From NCBI GenBank assembly GCA_963781585.1, contig CAWAGQ010000007.1, forward strand, positions 160,001 through 224,000: a stretch of 64,000 nucleotides of DNA. Reading direction: 5' to 3'. How positions within the stretch are numbered: the stretch's first letter is position 1; every line of letters begins with the position of its first letter. This document shows positions 44,713 through 57,006 of the stretch, piece by piece. The notes below the pieces were generated by a model that saw only the letters and a program-made list of their open reading frames with translations, was not told the origin of the DNA and did not search any database. The stretch is from an uncultured Gemmatimonadaceae bacterium. GTDB taxonomy: Bacteria > Gemmatimonadota > Gemmatimonadetes > Gemmatimonadales > Gemmatimonadaceae. The translations under genes were made by a program, and so were the position numbers.

Positions 44713-46122
44713 ATGCTGAATCGATCTATCCGCTTGGCAGCTATGGCGCTTGTGGGCCTCTCGTCGGCGGCGCCCTGCCAGCGCCCCGACACCGTCCGCC
44801 TCTCCGTCGAAGACGCCGTCCGGCGCGTCCTCACGCAGAGCGACGAAATCCGTGTCGCCCGCGCCCAGGTCGACATCGCGGACGCGCAGGTGACCACCGC
44901 CCGCGCCGCTTCGCTCCCCGTTGCGCGGGTAAGCGGTAACTACTCGCAGACCGTGCTGAATGCACGGGCGGCGATCGTGAGCAGTCTGTTTGGACAGAGC
45001 TACAACTACACGTCGAACGTCAACATCTCGCAGCCGATCTTCCAGGGGGGACGCATCTGGGCGGGGATGCGGGCGGCCGGCGACACGCGCGGCGCCTCGC
45101 AGCTCACCCTGGCCGAGACGAAAGCCCGGCTGTCGGTGGACGCCCAGCGGGACTATCTGGGCGCGCTGCTGGCCCGCGAGCTGGTGGACATTCAGGAGCG
45201 GAACGCCGCGCTGGCCGATGATCGACTCACCCAGGTGGAGCAGCTGGAGAAGGCCGGGCGCGCTTCGCGCTACGACGTGCTCAAGGCCCGGGTGGACCGG
45301 TCGAATCTGGAACCGGGGCTGCAGCAGGCGCGGAGCGACCGCGAGCTGGCCGACATCACGCTGCGCCAGCTGCTCAATCTGCCTAACGACGCTCCGATCG
45401 TCCTCGCCGTGGAGCTCGACACCGCCGCGCTGCGTTCGACGGTGCAGGCGGTGGCCGCCGACAGCGACCGGACCGTGGTGCGGCCGGCGGTGCGCGCCGC
45501 GACGTTGTCGCTCGATGCCCGACGCGAGGCGGTCCGTGTGGCCCGCGCCGACTTCCTTCCCACCGTCAGCGTCTTTTTCCAGACCGGATACACGGCGCTG
45601 CCGGCGTCGCCCGGCTTCCCCACTGTCTGGGGGCACACATCGGAGGCGGCCTGCCCGCCCGGATCGACCGCCGGCAAGGTCTGCCAGAACAACGGCTGGT
45701 ATCCGGACCGGTCGTTCGGCGTGCAGGTGCAGTGGTTCGTGTTCGACGGACTGAAGACCAAGGGGAACCTGGATCTGGCGTCGTCGAACGAACGATTGGC
45801 GCGGACGCAGCTGGACCTGCAGAAGGAGACGGTGGCGGTCGAGCTCGCCCGGGCCGAAGCGGAATTCACGCGGGCCGAGACGACGTTCGATGCGCAACAC
45901 CAGAACGCGAACGAAGCCGAAGAAGCATATCGTATCGCGGCGCTTCGCTTCGAGCGCGGGCTGGGGACGCAGCTGGAGGTGAACGACGCGCAGGCGTCGT
46001 TGTTTACCGCGCGGGTGAATGCCGCCCGCGCTTCCATCGACTACTATCTTGCGGCTGCGGAGCTGGCGCGCGCGCGTGGGCACGACATCCCACTCCCGCC
46101 CACGCGACCCGCCTCACGCTGA
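44713..46122 (+). CDS. TolC-family outer membrane protein
   Basis: Signal peptide and outer-membrane efflux repeats. First gene of the RND operon. Confidence 0.9.
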   Translation: MLNRSIRLAAMALVGLSSAAPCQRPDTVRLSVEDAVRRVLTQSDEIRVARAQVDIADAQVTTARAASLPVARVSGNYSQTVLNARAAIVSSLFGQSYNYTSNVNISQPIFQGGRIWAGMRAAGDTRGASQLTLAETKARLSVDAQRDYLGALLARELVDIQERNAALADDRLTQVEQLEKAGRASRYDVLKARVDRSNLEPGLQQARSDRELADITLRQLLNLPNDAPIVLAVELDTAALRSTVQAVAADSDRTVVRPAVRAATLSLDARREAVRVARADFLPTVSVFFQTGYTALPASPGFPTVWGHTSEAACPPGSTAGKVCQNNGWYPDRSFGVQVQWFVFDGLKTKGNLDLASSNERLARTQLDLQKETVAVELARAEAEFTRAETTFDAQHQNANEAEEAYRIAALRFERGLGTQLEVNDAQASLFTARVNAARASIDYYLAAAELARARGHDIPLPPTRPASR

Positions 46123-46132
46123 GAGACACTCC

Positions 46133-47443
46133 GTGGCTCGACCGTTCATGAAGGGGCTCGCCCTCGCCGCGACCCTGTCGGCGATGATCGCCTGCGGCCA
46201 GTCGGGCGCCGCCGCCTCGGCCAGCAATCCGCCGGCCGCCGATCCGCCGGGCGATTCGGTCGGCACGCCGGCCGGCTCGCGCCCCGGCGGGGCCGGACGC
46301 GCGGGAGGACGCGGCGCCACGTCGGTGGTCCTCGGACCTAACGACGTGGCCGACGTGACCCGCGGGCCGATCGAGGACGCGATCGCGATCCAGGGCGACC
46401 TCAAGCCGATCGAGGAGATCGCCGTGCGCGCCCGGATCGAGGGGAACGTCGAGGCCGTCACCGTGCGCGCGGGCGACCGCGTGACGAAGGGGCAGGTGCT
46501 GGCGCGGTTCGAGAACAGCAATCAGGAGAGCGCGCGGAAGTCGGCCGAAGCCGATCTGGAGTCGGCCAAGGCCGACGTCGCCAACAGCCAGTGGAACGCC
46601 GACCAGTCGGCGGAGCTGTTCAAGGCCGGCGCGATCCCCGAGCGCGACCTGCGCACCGCCCAGCAGACGCTGGTGGCCGCCCAGGCGCGTCAGGCAGCGG
46701 CGGAAGCGCATTTGCGCGCCACTACCCAGGACTTCGATGATACCCGGGTGTTGTCGCCGACCACGGGCTCGGTGAGCGTGCGTAGCGTGGAGACCGGCGA
46801 GCATGTGGCGCGCGGCGCCACCGTGTTTACCATCGTGCGCAACGACGTGCTCGAGCTCGAGGCGGCGCTGCCGGCGCGGTTCGCGGGCGATGTGCGACCG
46901 TCGCAGCCCGTGCGGTTCAGCGCCGCCGGCCGCGACCTCGACGGCAAGGTGGCGCGGGTCAGTCCGACCATCAACCCGGCCAACCGGTCGGTTTCGGTCT
47001 ATCTCCAGCTGCCCAATGCCGACGGGAGCCTCAAGGGGAACACGTTCGCTACCGGCCGGATCATCACCCGGCTGGTGCCTGACGCGATGATCATTCCCAC
47101 GGCCGCGGTCCGCTACGTGCAGGCGCAGTCGCAGCCGTTCGTCTACCGCATCTTGAACGACGTGGTGGACTTCGCCCCGGTGCAGCTCGGCATCATCAAC
47201 GAAGTCGCCGGACTGGCCCAGGTGATCGATGGGTTGAACGAGGGCGATGAAATTGTGGTCGGGAACATCGGCGCGCTGGGGCGGGGTGTGAAGGTGACGA
47301 TCGCGCGCGCACCGGAGCCGGGGCGGAGCCGCCCGATGCGGAACGGTGGTTCCGGCCGCCGTGGGGGTGGGAACGGCAAGGGTCGAGGCGAGCCCCGCGC
47401 GCCGCGCGGCGGCGACAATCCGGTGCCGAAGCCGCCAGGCTAA
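46133..47443 (+). CDS. RND membrane fusion protein
   Basis: VRAGDRVTKGQVLA lipoyl-like half, coiled coil, GLNEGDEIV. Confidence 0.9.
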   Translation: MARPFMKGLALAATLSAMIACGQSGAAASASNPPAADPPGDSVGTPAGSRPGGAGRAGGRGATSVVLGPNDVADVTRGPIEDAIAIQGDLKPIEEIAVRARIEGNVEAVTVRAGDRVTKGQVLARFENSNQESARKSAEADLESAKADVANSQWNADQSAELFKAGAIPERDLRTAQQTLVAAQARQAAAEAHLRATTQDFDDTRVLSPTTGSVSVRSVETGEHVARGATVFTIVRNDVLELEAALPARFAGDVRPSQPVRFSAAGRDLDGKVARVSPTINPANRSVSVYLQLPNADGSLKGNTFATGRIITRLVPDAMIIPTAAVRYVQAQSQPFVYRILNDVVDFAPVQLGIINEVAGLAQVIDGLNEGDEIVVGNIGALGRGVKVTIARAPEPGRSRPMRNGGSGRRGGGNGKGRGEPRAPRGGDNPVPKPPG

Positions 47444-47445
47444 CA

Positions 47446-50400
47446 ATGTTCCTCTCTGACGTCTCCATCAAACGGCCGGTCTTCGCTACCATGATGATGG
47501 TGGCGCTGCTGGTGCTCGGCTTGGTGTCGTACCGACGCCTTGCGATCGACGAGTATCCGGACGTCACCTATCCCGTCGTCAGCGTCAGCACCACCTATCC
47601 TGGTGCCTCGCCCGAGGTCATGGAACGCGACGTCTCGCGCCCGATCGAGGAAGCCCTCAACACGGTGCAGGGCATCCGCGAGATCAACTCGTCGTCGCAG
47701 GAAGGCAGCTCGAATGTTCGCGTGAACCTCGAGCTCGGCGTCAACGTGCTGGAGGGGCAGCAGGAAGTGGTGGCCAAGGTCGCCAGGATCCGGCGCCAGC
47801 TGCCGCCCGACGCCAATGACCCGGTGGTGATGCGGTTCGACCCTAACGACCGCCCGATCATGTCGATCTCGGTGCAGTCCTCGGAGCGGTCGATTCGCGA
47901 TCTCACCGACCTGGCCGAGCAGGTGATCGCGATCGGCATCGAGTCGATTCCGGGCGTGGGGGGCGTGAACGTCGTCGGAGGCACGTCGCGCCAGATCCGG
48001 GTGGAGCTCAACCCCGACGCCCTGCGCGCGTACGAGATCAGTCCCACCCAGGTAACGCAAGCCCTGTCCCGCGAGAACCAGGAAGTGCCTGCGGGCCGCG
48101 TCTACCGCGGCGATGTGGAGAAGCTCGTGCGGATCACCGGACGCATCGTGAGCCCGCGGGCGTTCAACGATATCGTCGTCGCCACGCGGGCGAACGTGCC
48201 GGTGCGGGTGCGCGATCTGGGCACGGTGATCGACGGGAACGCCGAGGCGCGGTCGGCGGCGTTCATGGATACCACGCGCGCCGTGTCGGTGGAGGTGCTG
48301 AAGGTGTCGGGCACCAACACCGTGGAGGTCGCCGACGCGGTGCGCGCCAAGGTGGCGGAGATGGAGCACTCCATGCCGCCCGATATCAAGTTCATCCTGG
48401 TTCGCGATGACTCGGAGAAGATCCGGAGCTCGCTGTCGGACGTGCAGAAGACGATCATGCTGGGCGCCGTCCTCACGATCCTGATCATCTATCTGTTCCT
48501 GAACAGCTGGCGCTCGACGGTCATCACCGGGCTCACGCTTCCGGTGTCGGTCATCTCGGCGTTCTTCGCGATGTGGTTGTTCAATTTCACGATCAACACG
48601 ATGACGCTGCTGGCGTTGTCGCTGGCGATCGGGCTGCTGATCGACGATGCGATCGTGGTCCGCGAGAACATCGTGCGTCATATCGAGATGGGGAAGGATC
48701 ACTACAAGGCGTCGATGGAAGCCACCAGCGAGATCGGACTGGCGGTGCTGTCGACGACGCTGGCGGTGGTGGCGGTGTTCGTCCCGGTGGCGTTCATGGG
48801 CGGACAGATCGGGAAGATCTTCTACCAGTTCGGCGTCACCGTGGCATTTGCGGTGCTGGTCTCGCTGTTCGTCTCGTTCACGCTCGATCCGATGTTGTCG
48901 AGTGTCTGGGCCGACCCCGAGCTGGAACACGGTGGGCACGCCGAGACGCGCAAGCGGACCAGGAATCCCATTCGGCGGTTCGCGTTCGCGTTCGACGACG
49001 GGTTCGAGCGCGTCGCCGACCGCTACCGCAACTGGCTGGCGTGGTCGCTTCGCCATCGCGCGATCGTGGTCACTGTGGCGCTGGTGGCGATCGGGGCTGC
49101 GTTCGCGATCTATCCGCTGCTCGGCTTCACCTGGATTCCGCCGTACGACGCCGGTGAATTCAACGTCAGCGTGCGTACGCCGCCGGGCTCGCGGCTGGAG
49201 TACACGATCGCGCGGACGCAGGAGGTGGCGGTGTTCCTCCGGCGCGACCCGGACGTCCAGTTCACGTACATCTCGATCGGTGGCGGCGGTCGCGGGGGCC
49301 CGAACAACGGCCAGATCTACGTCCGGCTGTGCGAGATGGTGGGGGCGATCGTCGCGCCGTGCCGCGCACACCGCACGCGGTCGGAAGCCGACATCGAGAC
49401 CGATCTGCGCAAGCAGCTGGCCGCGATGCCATCGGTGCGCGCGTCGATCCAGCCGCAGCGGAGCATCTTCGGTGGCGGCGGCCACACGCCGATCCAGATC
49501 TACGTGCAGGGACCGGAGGAGACGCGGCTCAAGATCGCGGCCGATCAGGTGCTCCAGGCGATGCGAACGGTCCCCGGGATGGCGGAGCCCACGTCGAGCG
49601 ACGAGGGACAGATCCCGCAGCTCAACGTGCAGGTCGACCGGCAGCAGGCCTGGGCCGCGGGGCTCGGCATCGCCAGCATTTCGTCCACACTCCAACCGCT
49701 GTTTCAGGGACAGCGGGCCACGCGGTGGCAGGATGCGAACGGCTACGAGCACGACGTGATGGTGGTGTATCCCGATTCGATGCGGGTGTCGCCCGAGGAC
49801 GTGGCGCGCATCCCGGTCCTGAGCGCGAACATCGATCTGCGCACGGGGCAGGCGATCACGGTGCCACTGGCGCAGGTGGCGGACATCCGGGCGGGTGTGG
49901 GTCCGCAGCAGATCGACCGGCGGAGCCTCGAGCGGCAGATCTCGGTGTCGGCCGGTGTGCTCCCCGACTACAACATGGGCGATGTCGCCAACGCGGCGAC
50001 CAAGGTCATCAATGCGATCGGTCTGCCGCCCGGCTATCACACCGTGTTCGGCGGCGACGTGCAGAATCTCGAGGAGACGAAGGGCTACGTGATGGAGGCG
50101 ATCATTCTCGCGGTGGTCTTCATCTATCTCATTCTGGCGTCGCTGTTCGGGTCGTTCATTCAGCCGCTGGCGATCATGCTGGCGTTGCCGTTGTCGTTCG
50201 TGGGGGTGGCGCTGGCGCTGCTGATCACGAAGGGGTCGCTCAACATCATGTCGATGATCGGGATCATCATGCTGATGGGACTGGTGACCAAGAACGGCAT
50301 TCTGATGATCGACTTCATGAATCATGAGCGCGACCGCGGAGTGGAGCGGACCAAGGCGATCCTGAGCGCGGCGCGGATCCGGTTGCGACCGATCATCATG

Positions 50401-50664
50401 ACGACCTGCGCGATGATCTTCGGCATGCTGCCGCTGGCGCTCGCGTTAGGCGAGGGGGCGGAGCAGCGGTCGCCGATGGCGCACGCGGTGATCGGCGGGC
50501 TGGTGACGTCGACGCTGCTGACGCTGTTCATCGTCCCGGTGGTGTACACGCTGCTCGACGATCTGGCGGCGCGGGTGCTGGGGCGCAAGCCGGTGCCGCT
50601 GGCGGTAGTGCTTCCACCGCAGAGTCCCGAGGACAGCGAGCCGAGGCCGGCGTTCGGGGACTGA
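47446..50664 (+). CDS. AcrB-family RND permease
   Basis: IKRPVFA, GLLIDDAIVVREN, RLRPIIMT. Confidence 0.96.
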   Translation: MFLSDVSIKRPVFATMMMVALLVLGLVSYRRLAIDEYPDVTYPVVSVSTTYPGASPEVMERDVSRPIEEALNTVQGIREINSSSQEGSSNVRVNLELGVNVLEGQQEVVAKVARIRRQLPPDANDPVVMRFDPNDRPIMSISVQSSERSIRDLTDLAEQVIAIGIESIPGVGGVNVVGGTSRQIRVELNPDALRAYEISPTQVTQALSRENQEVPAGRVYRGDVEKLVRITGRIVSPRAFNDIVVATRANVPVRVRDLGTVIDGNAEARSAAFMDTTRAVSVEVLKVSGTNTVEVADAVRAKVAEMEHSMPPDIKFILVRDDSEKIRSSLSDVQKTIMLGAVLTILIIYLFLNSWRSTVITGLTLPVSVISAFFAMWLFNFTINTMTLLALSLAIGLLIDDAIVVRENIVRHIEMGKDHYKASMEATSEIGLAVLSTTLAVVAVFVPVAFMGGQIGKIFYQFGVTVAFAVLVSLFVSFTLDPMLSSVWADPELEHGGHAETRKRTRNPIRRFAFAFDDGFERVADRYRNWLAWSLRHRAIVVTVALVAIGAAFAIYPLLGFTWIPPYDAGEFNVSVRTPPGSRLEYTIARTQEVAVFLRRDPDVQFTYISIGGGGRGGPNNGQIYVRLCEMVGAIVAPCRAHRTRSEADIETDLRKQLAAMPSVRASIQPQRSIFGGGGHTPIQIYVQGPEETRLKIAADQVLQAMRTVPGMAEPTSSDEGQIPQLNVQVDRQQAWAAGLGIASISSTLQPLFQGQRATRWQDANGYEHDVMVVYPDSMRVSPEDVARIPVLSANIDLRTGQAITVPLAQVADIRAGVGPQQIDRRSLERQISVSAGVLPDYNMGDVANAATKVINAIGLPPGYHTVFGGDVQNLEETKGYVMEAIILAVVFIYLILASLFGSFIQPLAIMLALPLSFVGVALALLITKGSLNIMSMIGIIMLMGLVTKNGILMIDFMNHERDRGVERTKAILSAARIRLRPIIMTTCAMIFGMLPLALALGEGAEQRSPMAHAVIGGLVTSTLLTLFIVPVVYTLLDDLAARVLGRKPVPLAVVLPPQSPEDSEPRPAFGD

Positions 50665-50756
50665 GCCCGGCGACGCGGGTGACGCGCGTGTGACGGCCGT
50701 ACCGCAGCTTTCTGGAAGTGCCGAAGGTCTGACTTCCAGTACCGCGGAGTGCCCAC

Positions 50757-51143
50757 GTGGACGAGGACGCGGTGAACCGGGTGAGCGGGGAAGTGGTCGA
50801 TGCGGCGATCCAAGTGCACTCGGCGCTCGGTCCGGGGCTGCTGGAAGGTGCTTACAAGGCCTGTGTGCGCTACGAGCTGATCAAGCGTGGCGTGCCGCTC
50901 CAAGCCGAGCTGGCGCTGCCGGTGGTGTACGACGGGATGCGGATCGATCTCGGCTACCGACTCGACCTTGTGGTTTCGGACTGCGTGATCGTGGAGCTGA
51001 AGGCGATCGCGAAGCTCCTCCCGATTCATGAAGCGCAGCTCCTCTCCTATCTCAAGCTGAGCGGCCATCGCATGGGGCTCCTGATCAACTTCCACGTCCC
51101 GCGTCTCAAGGACGGCATCAAGCGCATGGTCAATTCCGGCTGA
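50757..51143 (+). CDS. GxxExxY protein
   Basis: VHSALGPGLLEGAY, RLDLVV, VELKA, QLLSYLK...GLLINF. Confidence 0.92.
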   Translation: MDEDAVNRVSGEVVDAAIQVHSALGPGLLEGAYKACVRYELIKRGVPLQAELALPVVYDGMRIDLGYRLDLVVSDCVIVELKAIAKLLPIHEAQLLSYLKLSGHRMGLLINFHVPRLKDGIKRMVNSG

Positions 51144-51313
51144 CCCTGCGGGTCGACCGCGGAGAACACAGCGACCGCAGAGGGACCTATTCGCGCGCCA
51201 GCGCGCGGCGAGCAGTGTCAGGGCCGGCGCGTCCGAGCCAAGGAGCGGTGAGACTCTGCGTCCTCCGCGTTCTCTGCGGTGAACTGTTTACCGCAGAGTA
51301 GCTGTGTTAAAAG

Positions 51314-52627
<1,314 letters not shown>

Positions 52628-52649
52628 TCACCATGTATATCGACTGAGC

Positions 52650-53900
52650 ATGGCGACCCGGGGAGTGCAGATGCAACTGCCATATGACGCCAAACGGCGC
52701 AGCGTCACGATGGTGATCGCAGGGGTAGCGCTCGTCGCGGGCGCCTGCCGCGCCGGCTCGACCTCGGACCTCGGCACCTGGGTCGCCGAACGCGACACCG
52801 TCGGCGACACGGTCACCGTGCGGACCGTCTCCGGCAGCGTCTGGGGGAAGCCGGCCACGATGGTCGAAGAGCTCGCCATCGGCGAGCTGGACGGCCGCGA
52901 CGAGTACATGCTGGGACAGATCCAGGACATGGCGGTCGATGCCCAAGGCGGTATCTACGTCTTCGACGGCCAGGTGCCGGCGCTGCGGTACTACCACGCC
53001 GACGGCAAGTATGTCAGGACGTTAGGCGGCGCCGGATCCGGACCCGGCGAATACCGGGATGCCTCGCTCGGGCTGGCGGTGCGCCGCGATGGCCGGATCG
53101 TCATGCGCGATCCGCGCAACTCGCGGCTCAACGTCTACAACGCGGATGGAACGCCGGCGGATCAGTGGTCGGTGTCGAGCGGACTGTTCACCGCGCAGGC
53201 GATGGTGCTCGACACCGCCGATCAGGCATACCTCAAGATCCTCCAGGAGCCGCCGCAGGCGAACAAGGCGTGGCGCATCGGACTGCTCCACCTGGATGAC
53301 AAGGGCCATATCGTCGACACGATTCCCGATCCGGTCATCGCCGGCGAGTCGGAAAGTGGTGGCGGCCGGTTCCTGCCCAGCAAGGTCTGGGCGTGGAGCC
53401 CGTTAGGCTACCTGGTGGTCGGGGTGACCGACGCCTACCACTTCGAGGTGCGGGGCCCGGGAAAGCGCGTCACCCGCATCGAACGCACCGTCCCCGCCGT
53501 GCAGGTATTGCCGGAGGAGCGCGCGGAGTACGAAGCGGTCAACGACTGGATGCGCAAGAACCAGGGCCGGTTCATGACGTCGGAGATTCCGCCGATCCCG
53601 GCTACCAAGGCGCCCTATCGCGGCTTCCTCATCGGCGAGCGCGGCCGCATCTGGGTGCGCCGCTCGGTGACGGCGGAACACATGGACTCCGGACAGCCCA
53701 CGAAACCGGACCGGCCGCCACCCATCAATTGGGTCGAACCGGCGGTCTACGATGTGTTCGAGCCCGATGGAACGTACCTCGGCGAGGTGCACGTCCCGCG
53801 GCACACGGGACTCGACGTAATCCGCGGCGACACGGCGTGGGGAACGCGGACCGGAGAGCAAGGCGAGCTGTATATCGTGCGTCTGCGCGTGACGAGGTAA
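52650..53900 (+). CDS. 6-bladed beta-propeller lipoprotein
   Basis: LVAGAC lipobox, YVRTLGGAGSGPGEY, YDVFEPDGTYLG. Start uncertain. Confidence 0.8.
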   Translation: MATRGVQMQLPYDAKRRSVTMVIAGVALVAGACRAGSTSDLGTWVAERDTVGDTVTVRTVSGSVWGKPATMVEELAIGELDGRDEYMLGQIQDMAVDAQGGIYVFDGQVPALRYYHADGKYVRTLGGAGSGPGEYRDASLGLAVRRDGRIVMRDPRNSRLNVYNADGTPADQWSVSSGLFTAQAMVLDTADQAYLKILQEPPQANKAWRIGLLHLDDKGHIVDTIPDPVIAGESESGGGRFLPSKVWAWSPLGYLVVGVTDAYHFEVRGPGKRVTRIERTVPAVQVLPEERAEYEAVNDWMRKNQGRFMTSEIPPIPATKAPYRGFLIGERGRIWVRRSVTAEHMDSGQPTKPDRPPPINWVEPAVYDVFEPDGTYLGEVHVPRHTGLDVIRGDTAWGTRTGEQGELYIVRLRVTR

Positions 53901-53903
53901 TCG

Positions 53904-54971
53904 ATGCGGCGCTCCGCTGGAACCGGTCGCCTAATGATGGCGATTCTGTGCCTCCTCGGGGTTCTCATGAGCCATCGGGTTCAGGCACAAGGCACCGCAC
54001 TGCGCGGCCGAGTGGTCGACGATGTCGGCGCGCCGGTGGGCGGCGCACAGGTCGAGCTCCAGCCCGTGGGGCGCGCCGTGGTGACGGGCGACGATGGCAG
54101 GTTTGCGCTTCTCGGGCTCAGAGCCGGCGGGTACGATCTGTACGTCAGGCGCCTCGGCTACCGACCCGCCGTGATCCCGCTGACCATCGGCGCCTCCGAC
54201 ACCGCAGTGGTGATCACCCTGACGCCGATCCCTGCGGTCCTCGAGGCCGTTCGCATTCGCGAGAAGCGATCGGAGCTGCGCTTCTCGGCGGTGGTCCTCG
54301 ACGATCACGACCAGCCCGTGACGGACGCCGACGTCGTGGCGGAGGGCATCGACAATCATCTGCGGACCGATTCCAGCGGCCACGTGATCGTGCCGAAGGT
54401 CAAGCGCGGCACGTTGCTGGTGCGCATCAGGAAGGTGGGCTACGCGGCGTACTTCGGGTCGTTCACCATTTCCGGCGAGCGCGAGGACACACTGCGCATG
54501 CCCCGGCTCGCGACCGAACTGTCGCCGGTCGAGGTGATGGCGTTCAGCGGGTTCGGCCGGGACACGTTTGCATTCAACGATCTGCACGACCGCATGGCCT
54601 GGAAGTCGACGAAGGCCGGGGTGATATCGCGGGAGGAACTGGCTGGATTCGGAGCGGCAAACCTCTGCGATGTGCTGCCGCTCACGCTGACTGCCGCGAG
54701 GCTCCGGATGAACGGCAGCCAGAGCAGACAGGAGTGCGAGAATCCCGTCTGTCTCCTGCTCGACGGGGATCGCCCGGTGGTGCGGCCGCTCGCCGCCTAT
54801 CTGGCGTCGGAGGTCGAAGCGCTGGAGTACTTCCCCGAGAACAGCGACTGGTCGGGGACGATTCTGGCCCGCGCGGCTCACGTCTGCAATCCGCGCTATC
54901 GCGGGTCACGTGGGCCGGGGCATAGTCCCGCCGCCTGGGTCATCTGGCTCAGGAAGGGCGCGACGCCGTAG
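53904..54971 (+). CDS. Secreted protein with two carboxypeptidase-regulatory-like domains
   Basis: LRGRVVDDVGAPVGGAQV...RRLGY and a second repeat RKVGY. Confidence 0.8.
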   Translation: MRRSAGTGRLMMAILCLLGVLMSHRVQAQGTALRGRVVDDVGAPVGGAQVELQPVGRAVVTGDDGRFALLGLRAGGYDLYVRRLGYRPAVIPLTIGASDTAVVITLTPIPAVLEAVRIREKRSELRFSAVVLDDHDQPVTDADVVAEGIDNHLRTDSSGHVIVPKVKRGTLLVRIRKVGYAAYFGSFTISGEREDTLRMPRLATELSPVEVMAFSGFGRDTFAFNDLHDRMAWKSTKAGVISREELAGFGAANLCDVLPLTLTAARLRMNGSQSRQECENPVCLLLDGDRPVVRPLAAYLASEVEALEYFPENSDWSGTILARAAHVCNPRYRGSRGPGHSPAAWVIWLRKGATP

Positions 54972-55199
54972 AGGACGCGACTGCCGGGCCACCTAACGCT
55001 TCGGCGATTATGCCAGTGTGCGCGAGCAGTGCCACGACCTGTCCCGTGCCGTGCAGGGGAGGGGGGCCGATGCCCTGTGGTTCAAGGGGATTGGACCCGT
55101 TCCCTGCCACGTGGGTGCCTTCCGGGACATCGACCGCCGCACACGAGCGAGAACGCATCGATTCGAGGAGGTTCTGATCAGGCGAAATGCACGCGGCAC

Positions 55200-55286
55200 G
55201 GGCGACGATTCTGATGGAAGAGCAGTCGCCCATCCAGTGGCCGCGCGCCGGCGATCCGATTAGAGTCAACGCATGTCCTCGCCTCC
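55200..55286 (+). repeat. Direct repeat, copy 1
   Basis: 44-bp exact core 55232-55275 equals 62631-62674, with similar flanks. Confidence 0.85.
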
Positions 55287-55418
55287 CCTTTCCCCCATGT
55301 GACAGCGGAAGGGGCGAGGGAGGCGAGCGGTAGATGTGCAAACGGACGGCGCGTGACGGCGCCGTGTCAGCTGAACGGCAGCCACCTATACTGTTGTACA
55401 GGATCCCGCTTTCCGCAG

Positions 55419-56624
55419 ATGACGCTGCCTGTGACTCCCCTTCTCCGGTTCTCGCTGGCTGCCTGGGCGGGTGTCGGCGATGTCCTCGTGCCCGCCGCTG
55501 GCGACCTCGTCGCTCAGCACCCGACCATCCGGGACAGTGCAGACGTTCGGATCGTGGCGAACGCCGCCCGTGTCAGCGCGCCCGTGGCGTACAGACTCGG
55601 TCCACCCCTGCTCGACGTCGGCGGGTTGGAGTCGGATCCGGATGTCGAATTTCATCACGACCAGGGATATCTCCGCGGCGTCCGCCTCAGCGATGGCGGC
55701 CTCGCGGTCATTGATGTCGCACGCGTGCACTACTTCGACGCAAAGGGGAAGCGACTGAGGATCGTCGGTCGGGCCGGTCAGGGGGCGAAGGAGTTTCTCT
55801 ACCTCACGGCGATCTGCCGCACGCACGGCGACACCATCGTCGTCAACGATGAGTATAACCGGCGCCTCGCGGTACTCGACAGAGCGGGCACGATCGTACG
55901 CACGATCGCTCGGCGCGATCTGGGAAGCCCGAGCGACGATTTCTGCTTCGACGATGGAAGTTTCGTCCTTCAGCGCTCGGCCGTTGCTCCGACCGCCGTC
56001 GCCGGTCCAAAGCGCCTGACGCGCCTGCGGACTGACGGGTCGGTCGTGGATGTATTGGGTGAGTTTCCAAGCCAGGGATTCGACCTCGTCAGCCAGTTCG
56101 ACGCCGCGATCGTCGCGGCTGGTGAGCGGCTCTATTACGGCGACGGCTGGCCCAGCGAACTCAAGATCTACAGTTCCGCGGGCAGGCTTCTCAGCATCGT
56201 GCGCAGTGCCGACCCCGAACGCCGCATCACGGAGGCGGATGTCGACCGTCGCTTGGGCAGCATGGTGTTCCCCGGCATGACACCCTCGCAACGAGCCGCA
56301 CAAATCTCGCGCATTCGCGCGCGGCGGCGGACCTCTCCGGTTCGAACAACCTGGCCCGCGTACGCCGGCGTTCACGTTGACGCTGCCGGCGGCCTATGGA
56401 TCCAGGACTATCGCCTCTCTTATCCTGCGCCAGACGTCTGGACGGCCTTTGACCGGACGGGTCGTCTTGTCGGCCGTCTGGTCTTGCCGATTCCCGAGAA
56501 GGACGGCCTTCCTCTCGAGGTCATCGGTTTCGGCGCCGGAGACGTTCTGGTGCGACGGCGGGACGCCGATGGCGCCAGTCATTTGACGGTCTACCGTATC
56601 GTGCGGACCGAGAGAGCTCGATGA
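55419..56624 (+). CDS. 6-bladed beta-propeller protein
   Basis: IRDSADVRIV, IVGRAGQGAKEF, WTAFDRTGRLVG. Confidence 0.75.
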   Translation: MTLPVTPLLRFSLAAWAGVGDVLVPAAGDLVAQHPTIRDSADVRIVANAARVSAPVAYRLGPPLLDVGGLESDPDVEFHHDQGYLRGVRLSDGGLAVIDVARVHYFDAKGKRLRIVGRAGQGAKEFLYLTAICRTHGDTIVVNDEYNRRLAVLDRAGTIVRTIARRDLGSPSDDFCFDDGSFVLQRSAVAPTAVAGPKRLTRLRTDGSVVDVLGEFPSQGFDLVSQFDAAIVAAGERLYYGDGWPSELKIYSSAGRLLSIVRSADPERRITEADVDRRLGSMVFPGMTPSQRAAQISRIRARRRTSPVRTTWPAYAGVHVDAAGGLWIQDYRLSYPAPDVWTAFDRTGRLVGRLVLPIPEKDGLPLEVIGFGAGDVLVRRRDADGASHLTVYRIVRTERAR

Positions 56625-56721
56625 GCGAAAGCACCCTGCCAAGCCTGTCGTTGTTTCGACTCTGCCTGCCACCGTACCTGTTCGTGACACCGTGGATTCA
56701 GAGCGCGGAGATCAGCTCGCG

Positions 56722-57006
56722 TTAGGGAAAGGCAAGCCGGCACTGTGCTGCCGCATAGTCGCAATTGCTCACGCAGATGGAGCCGCAGAACACGAGATTC
56801 CCCAGTTCGTCGAAACCAGAACACGTGAGCTCGTAGGGAGTCGGCGGGCTGTAGTTGTAACAAAAGAGACGCCACTGGCAGGCTGGTAGTTGCCCGCAGT
56901 CAACGTATAGGGCAGGTGCCGCCGAGACGCGCATCGTAGAGAGTCCCACGGTTGCCGCGAGCACGAGAGTCGATCGGGCTAAGAGATTGGGGCGCCACAT
57001 GGTCAC
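56722..57006 (-). CDS. Small secreted Cys-rich protein
   Basis: Signal peptide, 8 Cys in the mature part, GTGA overlap with the DsbA-like gene. Confidence 0.6.
   Translation of the reverse strand: MTMWRPNLLARSTLVLAATVGLSTMRVSAAPALYVDCGQLPACQWRLFCYNYSPPTPYELTCSGFDELGNLVFCGSICVSNCDYAAAQCRLAFP

Noticed and set aside
47440..50325. 961-aa minus-strand ORF (similarly 39986-42526, 44677-46083, 46004-47446)
   Set aside because: Shadow or alternative-frame ORFs over clearly recognisable transporter genes.
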